Origin: Myxococcota bacterium
GTDB taxonomy: Bacteria > Myxococcota > JACRCW01
NCBI GenBank assembly: GCA_040752415.1
Contig: JBFMGU010000096.1
Span: forward strand, 1-36,432
Length of the DNA: 36,432 nt
Reading direction: 5' to 3'
This document shows positions 7,940 through 16,845 of this stretch, in pieces. Positions within the stretch are counted from its first letter, which is position 1. Every line of letters starts with the position of its first letter. The notes beneath the pieces were generated by a model. That model saw nothing but the letters and a program-made list of their open reading frames with translations, made no database searches and was not told the origin of the DNA. The translations under genes were made by a program, and so were the position numbers.

Positions 7940-8925
7940 GACCGGATGTTGCCGGGGGGCGCGTTCTGATTGTCGACGGAAACGCCGAGCGCACCGCGCG
8001 CATGGTGGAGGCCGCGGAGTCCGCCGGTTTCACCACGGACAGCGTCCAGCACCACCGCGACGCGCTCTCCCGCATGCGCTCCCAGCTCCCGGACGTGCTC
8101 TGGGTTGGCGTCGTCAAGGGCACTGGCGTGGCGGATTTCCTGGACGTGGTCCGCGCGGCCTATCCCACGTTGCCGGCCATTGCCTTGGTGGATCGTCGCA
8201 AGTGGGAGGAGGGGCTCTCAATGCTGGAGGCCGGCGCCTTCGACCTGCTGGCCGACGACGACGACCCGCGCATGCACCAGGCTGCGCTGCGCAGGGCCAT
8301 GACGGATGTGCGGGCGCGCGCCAGCGTCACCGAGGAGCGGGGGCGGTTGCTCGGGGTGCAGTCGCGGGTGACGGCCATGGCGCCGGCCATGGAGGCCATG
8401 ACGGCGGGGCTCTCCAACACGTTGCGCGACTCGCTGGACCTGCCGGACGTCTCGCTCCGCCAGGTGGAGACGGTGTGCGCGGAGGCGCTGAGCCGGTTCA
8501 TCAACGGGGACCCGGTGGTGATGCTGGCCTACGAGCGCAAGGCGGGCATCCTGCGGCCGCGCGTGACCACACACCCGTGCACCGAGCACGACGACGCGGC
8601 GGAGCGCGGCTTTGACATGGGGGAGTACCGCGAGGAGTGGCAGGACGCGCTCAACACCATCGGCGGGAACGAGGCGCTGATCGACGCCATCCAGTCGCAC
8701 TACGGCGCGCGCCAGCTGGTCCTCTCCCCGCTGGGCCCTCCCGACGAGCCCTACGGCGCCGCGGCCTATCTCCCCAACCGCGCCATGCCCCCCAGCCCCG
8801 ACGAGCACGAGCTGCTGGATCAGCTGGCCGCCCACGCCGCGCACTGCATCCGCGTGGCGCGCTACTTCCGCGTCCTGCTCCGACGGGGCGGAAGCGGACC
8901 CAACACCATCTCTGGGCCTCGCTGA
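7936..8925 (+). CDS. Atypical (pseudo)receiver-domain protein with a C-terminal GAF-like region
   Basis: GTGA overlap. RVLIVDG...LPDVLWVG...LEAGAFDLL gives a receiver fold lacking the phospho-Asp and Lys. C-terminal LSPL...PYGAAAY...DEHELLDQLAAHAA is GAF-like. Confidence 0.65.
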   Translation: MRPDVAGGRVLIVDGNAERTARMVEAAESAGFTTDSVQHHRDALSRMRSQLPDVLWVGVVKGTGVADFLDVVRAAYPTLPAIALVDRRKWEEGLSMLEAGAFDLLADDDDPRMHQAALRRAMTDVRARASVTEERGRLLGVQSRVTAMAPAMEAMTAGLSNTLRDSLDLPDVSLRQVETVCAEALSRFINGDPVVMLAYERKAGILRPRVTTHPCTEHDDAAERGFDMGEYREEWQDALNTIGGNEALIDAIQSHYGARQLVLSPLGPPDEPYGAAAYLPNRAMPPSPDEHELLDQLAAHAAHCIRVARYFRVLLRRGGSGPNTISGPR

Positions 8926-8958
8926 GTCGGTGAACATCTGCTTGGGCCAGAGGCTCCG

Positions 8959-9134
8959 GAGCCAAAGCGGCATTTCAGGCCGCACTCCCATGGTGCCGGC
9001 GGCGCGCGTCTCATTGGGCGGAGCTGCCGGCACGCAGAGTCTCCGTCGTGCAACCGAGGTGCGGGCGATTCGGACACAAAGCGCCGGCGGCGCCCGCACC
9101 TTTGGGAGTGCGGTCTGAAATACCGCTTTGGCTC
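8959..9134. repeat. REP-doublet (REPIN-like) inverted repeat between convergent genes
   Basis: GAGCCAAAGCGGCATTTCAGGCCGCACTCCCA (8959-8990) matches the reverse complement of 9103-9134 at 30/32; each arm has an internal GCGG-N9-CCGC hairpin. Confidence 0.8.
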
Positions 9135-9184
9135 GGGCTGCCCGGCCTCGGCGGAATCATCTGAAGGAGCTGAGTGCCGCGGAC

Positions 9185-9799
9185 TCAGCCGCGCACGCCG
9201 TGCTCCGGCACCACCACCGACGAGGCCGGACCACTCTCCGCCTCCCGCTGCTCGTCGGGGTCCAGGCCCACCCAGATGGGCAGGTAGCTGTCGGTGAGGC
9301 GCTCCACGCCCACCATCTGCCGCAGCGCCTCGGAGCGGAACGGCACCGGCGGCGGGACACAACGTCCCACGCGCGCCACCAGGCGACCGCAGGTGAACGG
9401 CTTGGGCTGCGTCTCTCCCTCGGAAATACGGGAGGTCTGGCCGAAGGTGCGACACGCGTACGGACGCGCCGCGTAGACGCTGCAGCGCGGGATGCCCCCG
9501 TCTTCCACCAGCAACGGGCAGGCGAACTCCGGCTCATCCCCGCCGGCCAGTCGCACGGCGATCTCCCGCGCCCGACGACGGATCTCCGCGTGCATCTCCT
9601 CCGGGAGCCGGCCCAGCTCCTCCATGACCAGCGCGGCCTCCTCGCGGGACACCAGCGGCGGGCGGGAGCGACAGCAGTCCGCGCATCCCTCGTCGCAGCG
9701 CGCGGGGGGGAAGCCCTGCACGTAGGCGGCCACGGCGTCGTCGACGCGCTGGTAGAGGATCTTCAGCCGCGTCCGGGGCGTGGCGTCCGGGGGACTCAT
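9185..9799 (-). CDS. YkgJ family cysteine-cluster (CxxCxxCC-type) protein
   Basis: CDEGCADCC...CPLL...CSVYAARPYACRTF motif set. Confidence 0.85.
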   Translation of the reverse strand: MSPPDATPRTRLKILYQRVDDAVAAYVQGFPPARCDEGCADCCRSRPPLVSREEAALVMEELGRLPEEMHAEIRRRAREIAVRLAGGDEPEFACPLLVEDGGIPRCSVYAARPYACRTFGQTSRISEGETQPKPFTCGRLVARVGRCVPPPVPFRSEALRQMVGVERLTDSYLPIWVGLDPDEQREAESGPASSVVVPEHGVRG

Positions 9800-9824
9800 G
9801 CGCCGTCCTTAGCGGTTGTGGCCG

Positions 9825-11465
9825 TCAGAATCCGCGACGTTCCAGCCGCACAGCGTAGACGCTGTCTTGCGCGAAGGGGTCGGTGTCGCCGGTCTGGTAG
9901 GCAATCACGCCACGGTGACCGCTGGTGGCCATGCTGACGTGGCCCACGTCGGTGGCCTGGGTGAGCAGCTCGGCCTGACCGCAGAACGCGCCGTTGTTGG
10001 CGTTCACGCGGCGCAGCACCAGGGTGCCGTTGTTGCGCGAGATGCTTGCCACCAGCACCTCGCCATTGCCGCCGCTGGCCACCCCGAAGAACCCGCGACC
10101 ATCCGGCGTCTGGATCTCCACCACCGGCGTCAACGCATTGTCGCCCTCGCGCGCGCTGGCCAGCTGTACGGTGCGGATGTCGGTGGCGCCGTCCACGCCG
10201 TCCTCGTGCCAGGCCACCACCACGCGACCGTCTTCCAACGGAAGCAGCGCCAGCTCCGTGGGCACGAACGGGCGCGCGTTGGTGATGAGCGAGCCGCTGA
10301 GCGGCTGGGCGGTGTCGTCGAGGAAGACAAGGTGGACGGTCTGGCCCATCACGTACGCGGCCGCGTAGCGGTTGCCCACGCGCGCCACCGCCACCTCGCC
10401 ACCGCTGGAGTCGCCCAGGAGCCGGTTGGCCGTCAGCGAGAGCGATCCGCCGTTGCCGCTGATCTGCTGCGCGTAGGCCTCCTCGTTGCTGAACACGCCG
10501 CGGGCAAGGCCCGTGACAAAGCCGCCCGGGCCCTTGGCCAGACCGCCGCGCGCGTCGCTGGCGCCGGCCTGGCTGTTCACCGCGCCCAGCGAGATCATGT
10601 TGCGGAAGGAGATGGGCGTGCCGGAGCCCAGCACCAGGTCCACCTCGGAGATGTAGAGGTCCGCGGTGTCGTTGCCTTCCGTCCAGATCAGGCCCGCCGT
10701 GCCATTGCCCGACTGCACCAGCAACGGCCACCGGCTGCGCGTGTTGTTGCTGGTCAGCACCGCGCGACCGGTCACCGGCTCACACGGCCCCGTGGGGAGC
10801 GCCAGCGTGCCGTCCAGGCCCAGGTGGTTCACCAGCACGTCGCTGCTGTTGTTCTGCACGCTGATGCAATAGCCGCTGTAGGCCAGGAAGAACCCCGCGC
10901 CGGAAGGCGCCACGGCCACGCGGTTGGGTGGGCTGTCGCTGCTGAGCAGGATGGGCGCGCCGCTGGAGGGGGCCCAGCTGTCTTCGTCGGTGGAGCCGTC
11001 TCCGTCGTCATCCACGCCGTTGCACACGTCCGCCACCGGCCCGCCCGCGCTGGAGCTGGAGGAGCTGGAGGACGAGGAGCTGGACGACGACGAGGACGAG
11101 GATGACGAGCTGGACGAGGAGGACGTCGAGGAGGAAGACGACGAGGAGGAAGACGACGAGGAACTGCTGCGGCTCCCGGACGACGACGACGTGGACACCT
11201 TCCCGCTGCTGGAGCTGCTGCTGGTGGTGTCGCTGGTGCCCGTGTCGACGGAGACCGGCGCGCACACGCCCTGCTGGCAGGAGGCGCCGCCTTCACAGCT
11301 GCCGTCGCTGGCGCACACGGGGTAGCAGCGGTTGTCGGTGTGGCAGCCGTAGCCGCTCTCGCAGTCGGAGTTGGCCTCGCAGCGGCTGAGCCAGTCGGCG
11401 CAACCGGCCGCGGAGGAGAGCAGGGCGCAGACCGCCGCCGTCAGGGATGCGCGGAGCAACGTCAT
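9825..11465 (-). CDS. Predicted lipoprotein: Cys-rich N-terminal module, long poly-Ser linker, MopE-like metal-binding motif, beta-rich C-terminal domain
   Basis: Lipobox SAAGC; CEANSDCESGYGC...C; Ser-rich run; DVCNGVDDDGDGSTDE motif; ATGA overlap with the upstream gene. Confidence 0.8.
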   Translation of the reverse strand: MTLLRASLTAAVCALLSSAAGCADWLSRCEANSDCESGYGCHTDNRCYPVCASDGSCEGGASCQQGVCAPVSVDTGTSDTTSSSSSSGKVSTSSSSGSRSSSSSSSSSSSSSSTSSSSSSSSSSSSSSSSSSSSSSSSSAGGPVADVCNGVDDDGDGSTDEDSWAPSSGAPILLSSDSPPNRVAVAPSGAGFFLAYSGYCISVQNNSSDVLVNHLGLDGTLALPTGPCEPVTGRAVLTSNNTRSRWPLLVQSGNGTAGLIWTEGNDTADLYISEVDLVLGSGTPISFRNMISLGAVNSQAGASDARGGLAKGPGGFVTGLARGVFSNEEAYAQQISGNGGSLSLTANRLLGDSSGGEVAVARVGNRYAAAYVMGQTVHLVFLDDTAQPLSGSLITNARPFVPTELALLPLEDGRVVVAWHEDGVDGATDIRTVQLASAREGDNALTPVVEIQTPDGRGFFGVASGGNGEVLVASISRNNGTLVLRRVNANNGAFCGQAELLTQATDVGHVSMATSGHRGVIAYQTGDTDPFAQDSVYAVRLERRGF

Positions 11466-12361
11466 GGCCGCAGCACCATGGAGACACCGCCCAGGATCGC
11501 GGCGGGGACCGCAAAGCCGGCCAGCACCAGGCCCACCGCCACCAGCGCACCGGCGGCCAGCAGGCTTCCCTCGCTGAGCACACGCGCGCGCTGCGTATGG
11601 GTCTGCTGACGGACCAGCTGGAACATGGCCGCGGAGCCCAGCGCGCCGGCCCCCGCGCCCAGCGTCAGGACGCCCAGCACACCCAACACGGCGGACGTGG
11701 CCAGCACCGCGGCGCCCAGCACCGGCGGTCGACCCCCACCCTCATCCTCCGCCACCACCGCGGCCGGCTTGGGCTCGGCCAGCTTGGGAGGCTGCAGGAG
11801 TCCGTCGGCCAGCGCGGCCACGGCGGCCTGCTCGGCGGGCTCTCCCTCGCCCTCCAGCCTGGTCTGCACCCGCTTCACTTCCTTGCCGGTGTCCAGGTCA
11901 ATGACCCACGCGGTGACGCTGGCCTCCTTCCCCGCCACTGCCTCGCCGCCCACCACGAAGCGGATGTGCAGCGCGTCGCCCACTTCCAGCGCGCAGGGGA
12001 GGTTGCCGTCACAGTCAGCCAGCTCGGGGCGGATGAGCAGGATGCCGGTCTGAGCGGCCTTGCTGAGCACCTCACCGCCCAGGCGCGCGGTCATCTCCCG
12101 ACGGAGCCGGCGCTCCAACCGCGGCGCCAGCGCCCCCGCGCCCGTGCCTGCCTTGATACGCCAGACCACGTAACGCGGCGTCACCTGCGGAGTGCCCGGG
12201 GGCGCGGCCTCCTCCACCTCCACCTCGACGCCCTCATCCACCGGCGCGGCCGGCGCGGCCTCCTCCTGCGCGCGCGCCGTCGACACCGACGCCAGGCACA
12301 CGCCCACCGCCAGCGCCACGCCCCGCCACCCACCCGCTCTCAGCTCAGTGATCCCAACCAT
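11462..12361 (-). CDS. Exported protein with signal peptide and C-terminal Gly/Ala-rich hydrophobic hairpin (PEGA-protein-like architecture, no clear PEGA domain)
   Basis: Signal-like VALAVGVCLASVSTARA-QEE; LADCDGNLPCALEVG motif; two C-terminal hydrophobic segments. Start uncertain (12361 or 12394). Confidence 0.7.
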   Translation of the reverse strand: MVGITELRAGGWRGVALAVGVCLASVSTARAQEEAAPAAPVDEGVEVEVEEAAPPGTPQVTPRYVVWRIKAGTGAGALAPRLERRLRREMTARLGGEVLSKAAQTGILLIRPELADCDGNLPCALEVGDALHIRFVVGGEAVAGKEASVTAWVIDLDTGKEVKRVQTRLEGEGEPAEQAAVAALADGLLQPPKLAEPKPAAVVAEDEGGGRPPVLGAAVLATSAVLGVLGVLTLGAGAGALGSAAMFQLVRQQTHTQRARVLSEGSLLAAGALVAVGLVLAGFAVPAAILGGVSMVLRP

Positions 12362-12441
12362 CAGGGGCGCGCCTCTTAATCGGTCTGCCCACATTTCACC
12401 ACCCTCCAACATGGCGATGAGGGTGAATGGGGAGCAATGCG

Positions 12442-13587
12442 TCAGGGCGCGGGGGTGATCGCGGTGAGGACGGCGTCGCGGTAACCCACCTTGCCGCTGG
12501 CGTTGTAGGCGTCGGGGCTGTCCTCCCACTGGAAGAACACCAGCGCCTTGCCCTTCACGTAGTACGCGCGGGTGGTGCGGTAGGCGGTGAGCGCGGTCTG
12601 GCGCTTCACGCCGTCAAACAGCTCCACCAGGGTGCCTTCCGCGTCCACCAGCGAGCCCGCGGGAACGGTGCCCGGCACGGTGATGGGGAGGACGCCCTTG
12701 AAGCGCAGCGGGTTCTCCGGGGCCTGGGGATTGACGCGCGTCAGGCCGCTCATCAGCTCGTGACCCTGGAAGAAGACGGGGTTGCCCTCCGGGTCCGGCG
12801 GGTTGGCGCGCTCCGGGTCCACAATGAGGATGGGCGCCGTGTTCTGGTCCACCCACTGATAGAGCTGCCCGTCCAGCTGCACCACGCGGGTCTGGTGCGC
12901 GAAGTTCTTGGCCGGCTTGCAGGTCCCCTGGTCGCAGGTGGCGTTGGGCGTGCCGCCGCACTGGGTGGCGGGGTCGGCGCTGGCGTCGCAGGAGCCGGTG
13001 GCGGTGGTGGTGTCCGTGAAGTCCAGCGTCCAGATGTCCACCCCCAGCAGCGTCTCCTTGCTGGTAGCGGTCAGGACGGCCTGGCCCACTTCGGCGGGGG
13101 CGTCGGGGCGCACGTAGCCCTGCTGGCCATCCCAGTCATAGGTCTGCTCCCGCACCACGTACGTGAAGGTCCGGCCCTCCTGCAGCGGCAGAGGCGTGTT
13201 GCTGGTGCTGCGATGCACCAGGATTTTCACCTCCGTGCTTGCACTCATGTTGCTGGTGTCCGTGGCGGTGACCTTGAAGACCAGGTCGCCGCGCGCGGAG
13301 GGCGTGGTGAGGGACAGCGTGGCGGTGTTGGCGCCGGCAATGTTCACCGTGCTGCCACTGACCTGGGTCCACTGGAAGCTGATGGCCTGGCCGTCCGGGT
13401 CCGTGGCCACCGCGGTCACCGTCAGGGCCGTCCCGGTTCCAACCCACAGGTCGGGCAGCGGGGTGAGGACCGGGGCCGCCGGGGGCACCGCGGCGTCCGC
13501 GCTGCCTCCCCCGTTCTCCACGCAGCCGGAGGCGATCAGGGTGGCCACCATGGCCGTCAGCGGAAGGAATGTCCTGGGGTTGCGCAT
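12442..13587 (-). CDS. Predicted lipoprotein with a PKD/Ig-like domain and a small Cys-rich insert
   Basis: Lipobox LIASGC; ATDPDGQAISFQWTQVSG...LVFKVTATD is Ig/PKD-like; CDASADPATQCGGTPNATCDQGTC. Confidence 0.8.
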   Translation of the reverse strand: MRNPRTFLPLTAMVATLIASGCVENGGGSADAAVPPAAPVLTPLPDLWVGTGTALTVTAVATDPDGQAISFQWTQVSGSTVNIAGANTATLSLTTPSARGDLVFKVTATDTSNMSASTEVKILVHRSTSNTPLPLQEGRTFTYVVREQTYDWDGQQGYVRPDAPAEVGQAVLTATSKETLLGVDIWTLDFTDTTTATGSCDASADPATQCGGTPNATCDQGTCKPAKNFAHQTRVVQLDGQLYQWVDQNTAPILIVDPERANPPDPEGNPVFFQGHELMSGLTRVNPQAPENPLRFKGVLPITVPGTVPAGSLVDAEGTLVELFDGVKRQTALTAYRTTRAYYVKGKALVFFQWEDSPDAYNASGKVGYRDAVLTAITPAP

Positions 13588-13779
13588 GGGGTCCTCACGG
13601 GGGCAAAGGTCAATGGGTTCAGGAGCTTAGGCCCGCCCAACGCACCCGCACGGCGCGCTGCGGCAGACGCGTATCCTACATCCACCTCGCGGGGGCTTGC
13701 AGGATGATTTTTCGCTCTGTAGGAGGCTCGGTCACTTTTGACCACATGGCCCTGGCGGGTGGGGAGGGGCTGTGAAGGG

Positions 13780-14379
13780 ATGGAGATGAGGCTGTCTACC
13801 AAGGTGCTTGCTGCAACGGTTGCTCTCCAGGTGGCTGCCGCCGTGGCCATGGCGGGGGGCATGCCCCTGCGGGTGTGGCTGTCCTCGCGCTGGGCCGAGC
13901 AGGTGCTGACGGGGGAGGCGCCCAACATGGAGCCGGCGCTGCGCGCGGACGTGGCGCGGCTGGTGGCGGAAGAGGCGGACGCCAATGACCTGGACCCGGC
14001 GCTGGTGCTGGCGGTCATCAAGGTGGAGAGCAGCTTCAAGCTGGATGCGGTCAGCAACAAGGGCGCGCGGGGGCTCATGCAGATGATGCCCCACGTGGCG
14101 CGCGAGATGACGGCCGGGACCGCCACCCGGGAGAACCTGCACGACCCGGCGCTGAACATCCGTCTGGGCACGTCGCTGCTCCGCTCCCTGATTGACCAGT
14201 ACAAGGGCCGTCTGCCCCGCGCGCTGGCGGCGTACAACATGGGCTCCCGCCGCATCAACGAGGCCCTGCACTGGTACGGGGACCTCCGCGACACGCATCT
14301 CAAGTACCCCCGCAAGGTCATGTCGGTGGCCGCCCAGTTCAAGGCCCGGTACCCCATGGTCGAGGCGCCGGAAGGCTGA
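13780..14379 (+). CDS. Small lytic transglycosylase (SLT domain)
   Basis: AVIKVESSF (catalytic Glu), GARGLMQ, NIRLGT, ALAAYNMG; N-terminal hydrophobic segment. Confidence 0.9.
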   Translation: MEMRLSTKVLAATVALQVAAAVAMAGGMPLRVWLSSRWAEQVLTGEAPNMEPALRADVARLVAEEADANDLDPALVLAVIKVESSFKLDAVSNKGARGLMQMMPHVAREMTAGTATRENLHDPALNIRLGTSLLRSLIDQYKGRLPRALAAYNMGSRRINEALHWYGDLRDTHLKYPRKVMSVAAQFKARYPMVEAPEG

Positions 14380-14391
14380 GCCCGCAACAAT

Positions 14392-14769
14392 TCAATCCCA
14401 GACAGCCAGCGGACAATGCGCGCGGATCGTTTCGTCGCGCGTGAGCAGCGCCACGCCGTCGGCCATGGCCTGCGCGGTGATGACGCGGTCGAAGGGGTCC
14501 CGAGTCCATTGTTGTTGCGCCGCGACGGAGATGACCTTCTGGAACGGCGTGTCCGCAACGGCCAGCCCAACCCGGTTGGCGAGGTCCTGCACGACGTGAG
14601 CGGACGGCTGGTTCACGCGACCGATCTCGTGCAGGTACTGGAGCTCCAGCGAAACCATTGGCGAGATGAGAAGCTGGTTGGATTCGAGTCGTCGCGCGGC
14701 GCCGGGCGGAAACGGACGGACCATCCCCGCGAACAGCCAGACCACGACGTGCGTGTCAACGTAGATCAC
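14392..14769 (-). CDS. vapC: PIN-domain toxin (VapC family)
   Basis: IYVDTHVVVW...SLELQYL...RDPFDRVITAQA...LLTRD; GTG start overlaps the antitoxin stop (GTGA). Confidence 0.9.
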   Translation of the reverse strand: MIYVDTHVVVWLFAGMVRPFPPGAARRLESNQLLISPMVSLELQYLHEIGRVNQPSAHVVQDLANRVGLAVADTPFQKVISVAAQQQWTRDPFDRVITAQAMADGVALLTRDETIRAHCPLAVWD

Positions 14770-15014
14770 GGACGCCATTCGGCGGACCAGTCGAGGTGGA
14801 CCAGGTCCTCAGGGTCGCCTCGGATGAACTCCGGCCGGGGGATGAGGCGCTCCAGCTTGGACGGAGCGGCGTCAGCCACAATGCGCAACGTCCTCCCATT
14901 CCGCTCGATCTCAACCGGGGTCCCCGTTTCCAGCACCCCGTCGAGAATCCGGTAGATGTCGGCCCTGAGCTGGGACGCGGTCACCTTGCGAGGCGTCTTC
15001 CGACGAGAAACCAT
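14766..15014 (-). CDS. Phd/YefM-family antitoxin
   Basis: 82 aa MVSRRKTPRKVTASQLRADIYRILDGVLETGTPVEIERNGR..., a Phd-type N-terminus directly upstream of the PIN toxin. Confidence 0.85.
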   Translation of the reverse strand: MVSRRKTPRKVTASQLRADIYRILDGVLETGTPVEIERNGRTLRIVADAAPSKLERLIPRPEFIRGDPEDLVHLDWSAEWRP

Positions 15015-15049
15015 GTACGTACGATACTGATGAAGGCGGTCGTACGCAA
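15015..15049 (-). promoter_or_regulatory. sigma70-type promoter with overlapping inverted-repeat operator for the TA operon
   Basis: Minus strand TTGCGT-N17-TATCGT-N6-ATG; inverted repeat CGTACGA(15018-15024)/TCGTACG(15040-15046). Confidence 0.6.
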
Positions 15050-15063
15050 ACCGGTTGCGTGGC

Positions 15064-16596
15064 TCAGAAGCTGAGCTGGATGGCGCCCTCGAGGCGCTCG
15101 TTGGCAATGGGGAAACCCTCGCGCTGATCCACGCCCCAGTTGCGGATGCCCAGCGGGGTGCGGAGCGCCGCGGGCGCGCGCGGGATGTTGGCGGCGTTGG
15201 CGTCGGAGGGCGTGGCGTCGTCGGCGCCCAGGTCGTAGATGCCCCAGCCGGTCTCCTCCGGGTGCGTGTACGAGAGGAAGATGCTGAGCGGCAGGTTGGG
15301 CATGTCAAACCGCATGCCGCCCGTCAGCTCCGCCACCGTGTACTGCGGCAGCGCGCTGGAAGGCTGGAAGAACGCCGCGCGCACCACTGGGCTGAACCCG
15401 AAGAGGTCGCGGTAGGCCACCTGGAGGAAGCTCGCCACCGCCAGCTCCGTGGGTGCCTGCGTGGTGAAGTGGCGCGTCTGCTGCCACGTGCCCTGCGCCC
15501 ACACCTCGAAGCCGAAGATGCGGATGACGCCGTCCAGCGTGCTGCCCACGACCTGGTCGTGGAAGACGCTGGGGAGCGCGGAGATGTTGGTGTTGCGGCC
15601 GTAGTGGAGGGACAGGCCCACGTCGAGCAGGTTCAGCACCGGCAGCCCGTGCACGCCCGCCGTCCAGCGACCCCACGCCACCGGCTCGGCGTTGTCGTTG
15701 AGGACCTGGTTCTCACCGTTGCCGTTCACCAGCGCCATGGCCCACGTGGCGGTGAAGAAGGGGCCGCCCTTGACGTCGCCGTGGAGCATGACGCCGATGT
15801 CGCGGCCGGGGTCCAACCCGCGCGTCTGCAGACCTTCCCCCGCCTGCACGCCGCGGTTGCCCACGCTCACTTCCGGGAGGAGCTGCGCGCTGGCGCGGGG
15901 ACCACTGCCGGTGGCCGCGTCGATGCTGGAGAGCGACTCGCGATCTGACGGCGGACGGAACTGCCCCGCGGTGAGCTGCAGGAAGTCCCACGGCGCGAAG
16001 GTGAGGAACGCGTCGCGCAGGCGCGTGGAGAGCTCACCCACCAGCTGGTTCTGCCGGTCCCGACGATCCGCCGCACCTTCCACGCTCAACGAGAACCGCA
16101 CGCTGCGACGGAACGAGCCGGTGAGCCCCGCGCGCGCCAGCGCCAGGTTGAAGCCACTGTTCTGACCCACGAAGTAGATGTTGGGATCCGCCTGGACCCA
16201 CGCGCCGCGCAGTCGGATCCGGGCGTGGGGCTCCAGCATGAAATCCCCGACGGAGAGCCGCGGCGCCAGCCCGGATCCGGCGGAGAGCACCACCGGGTAG
16301 GGCAGGGGCGGCGCCTCACCCAGCGGGGCCCGCCAGACACCCAAAGGCGGCTCGACGGGGGCGGCGGGAGGCGGTGGTGTCGTCGGGGCGGCGGCGTCCG
16401 CGGGCTGCGTGCTGGGCGCGGGAGCGGAAGGATCCGCAGCGGGGGAGGTGGGCGTGGCGGTGGAGCTGGCCGGCGCTTCCGTGGGCGGCTCCGACGTGGG
16501 CGCCGGGGTGGCAGGGGTGGTGGCCTGGGCATGCAGAGCACCAGGGAGGCCAAGGACTCCAAGGACCAGCGCGGCGATTCTGGCGGGGCGCATCAC
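15064..16596 (-). CDS. Outer-membrane beta-barrel porin (OprO/OprP-like)
   Basis: Signal peptide, Pro/Thr/Ala linker, GFNLALARAGLTG, LRDAFLTF...LQLTAGQFRPP, GRDIGVMLHG, NGNGEN, terminal Phe (IQLSF). Confidence 0.8.
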   Translation of the reverse strand: MMRPARIAALVLGVLGLPGALHAQATTPATPAPTSEPPTEAPASSTATPTSPAADPSAPAPSTQPADAAAPTTPPPPAAPVEPPLGVWRAPLGEAPPLPYPVVLSAGSGLAPRLSVGDFMLEPHARIRLRGAWVQADPNIYFVGQNSGFNLALARAGLTGSFRRSVRFSLSVEGAADRRDRQNQLVGELSTRLRDAFLTFAPWDFLQLTAGQFRPPSDRESLSSIDAATGSGPRASAQLLPEVSVGNRGVQAGEGLQTRGLDPGRDIGVMLHGDVKGGPFFTATWAMALVNGNGENQVLNDNAEPVAWGRWTAGVHGLPVLNLLDVGLSLHYGRNTNISALPSVFHDQVVGSTLDGVIRIFGFEVWAQGTWQQTRHFTTQAPTELAVASFLQVAYRDLFGFSPVVRAAFFQPSSALPQYTVAELTGGMRFDMPNLPLSIFLSYTHPEETGWGIYDLGADDATPSDANAANIPRAPAALRTPLGIRNWGVDQREGFPIANERLEGAIQLSF

Positions 16597-16845
16597 ATCT
16601 CCGACGGGGAGGCCAAGCTGAAGGCGAAGCGGGCGCGGACTCTAACCCCACCTGGGACGTGCGCAAACACCCTTTCGTCCGCCCGGAGCTCGAACTTGGT
16701 CGGGGCGGCCAGGCGTGACAGAACTGTCGCGGAAGGCCGGGCCGCCGGCACCCCCTCCCGGTGGGAGCACTGGGAATTCTCTTGCAATGCCAGCATGTTG
16801 CAGGACGATGGGCCCGTGGATCGGTTCCTGCTGAGAGCAATGTTG

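Noticed and set aside
3351..9134. Possible CRISPR array from the repeats at 3351-3535 and 8959-9134
   Set aside because: The repeats are inverted pairs, not direct repeats with unique spacers, and there are no cas genes.
10924..11325. Poly-Asp/Glu ORF on the + strand
   Set aside because: It is the reverse complement of the poly-Ser linker of the minus-strand lipoprotein.
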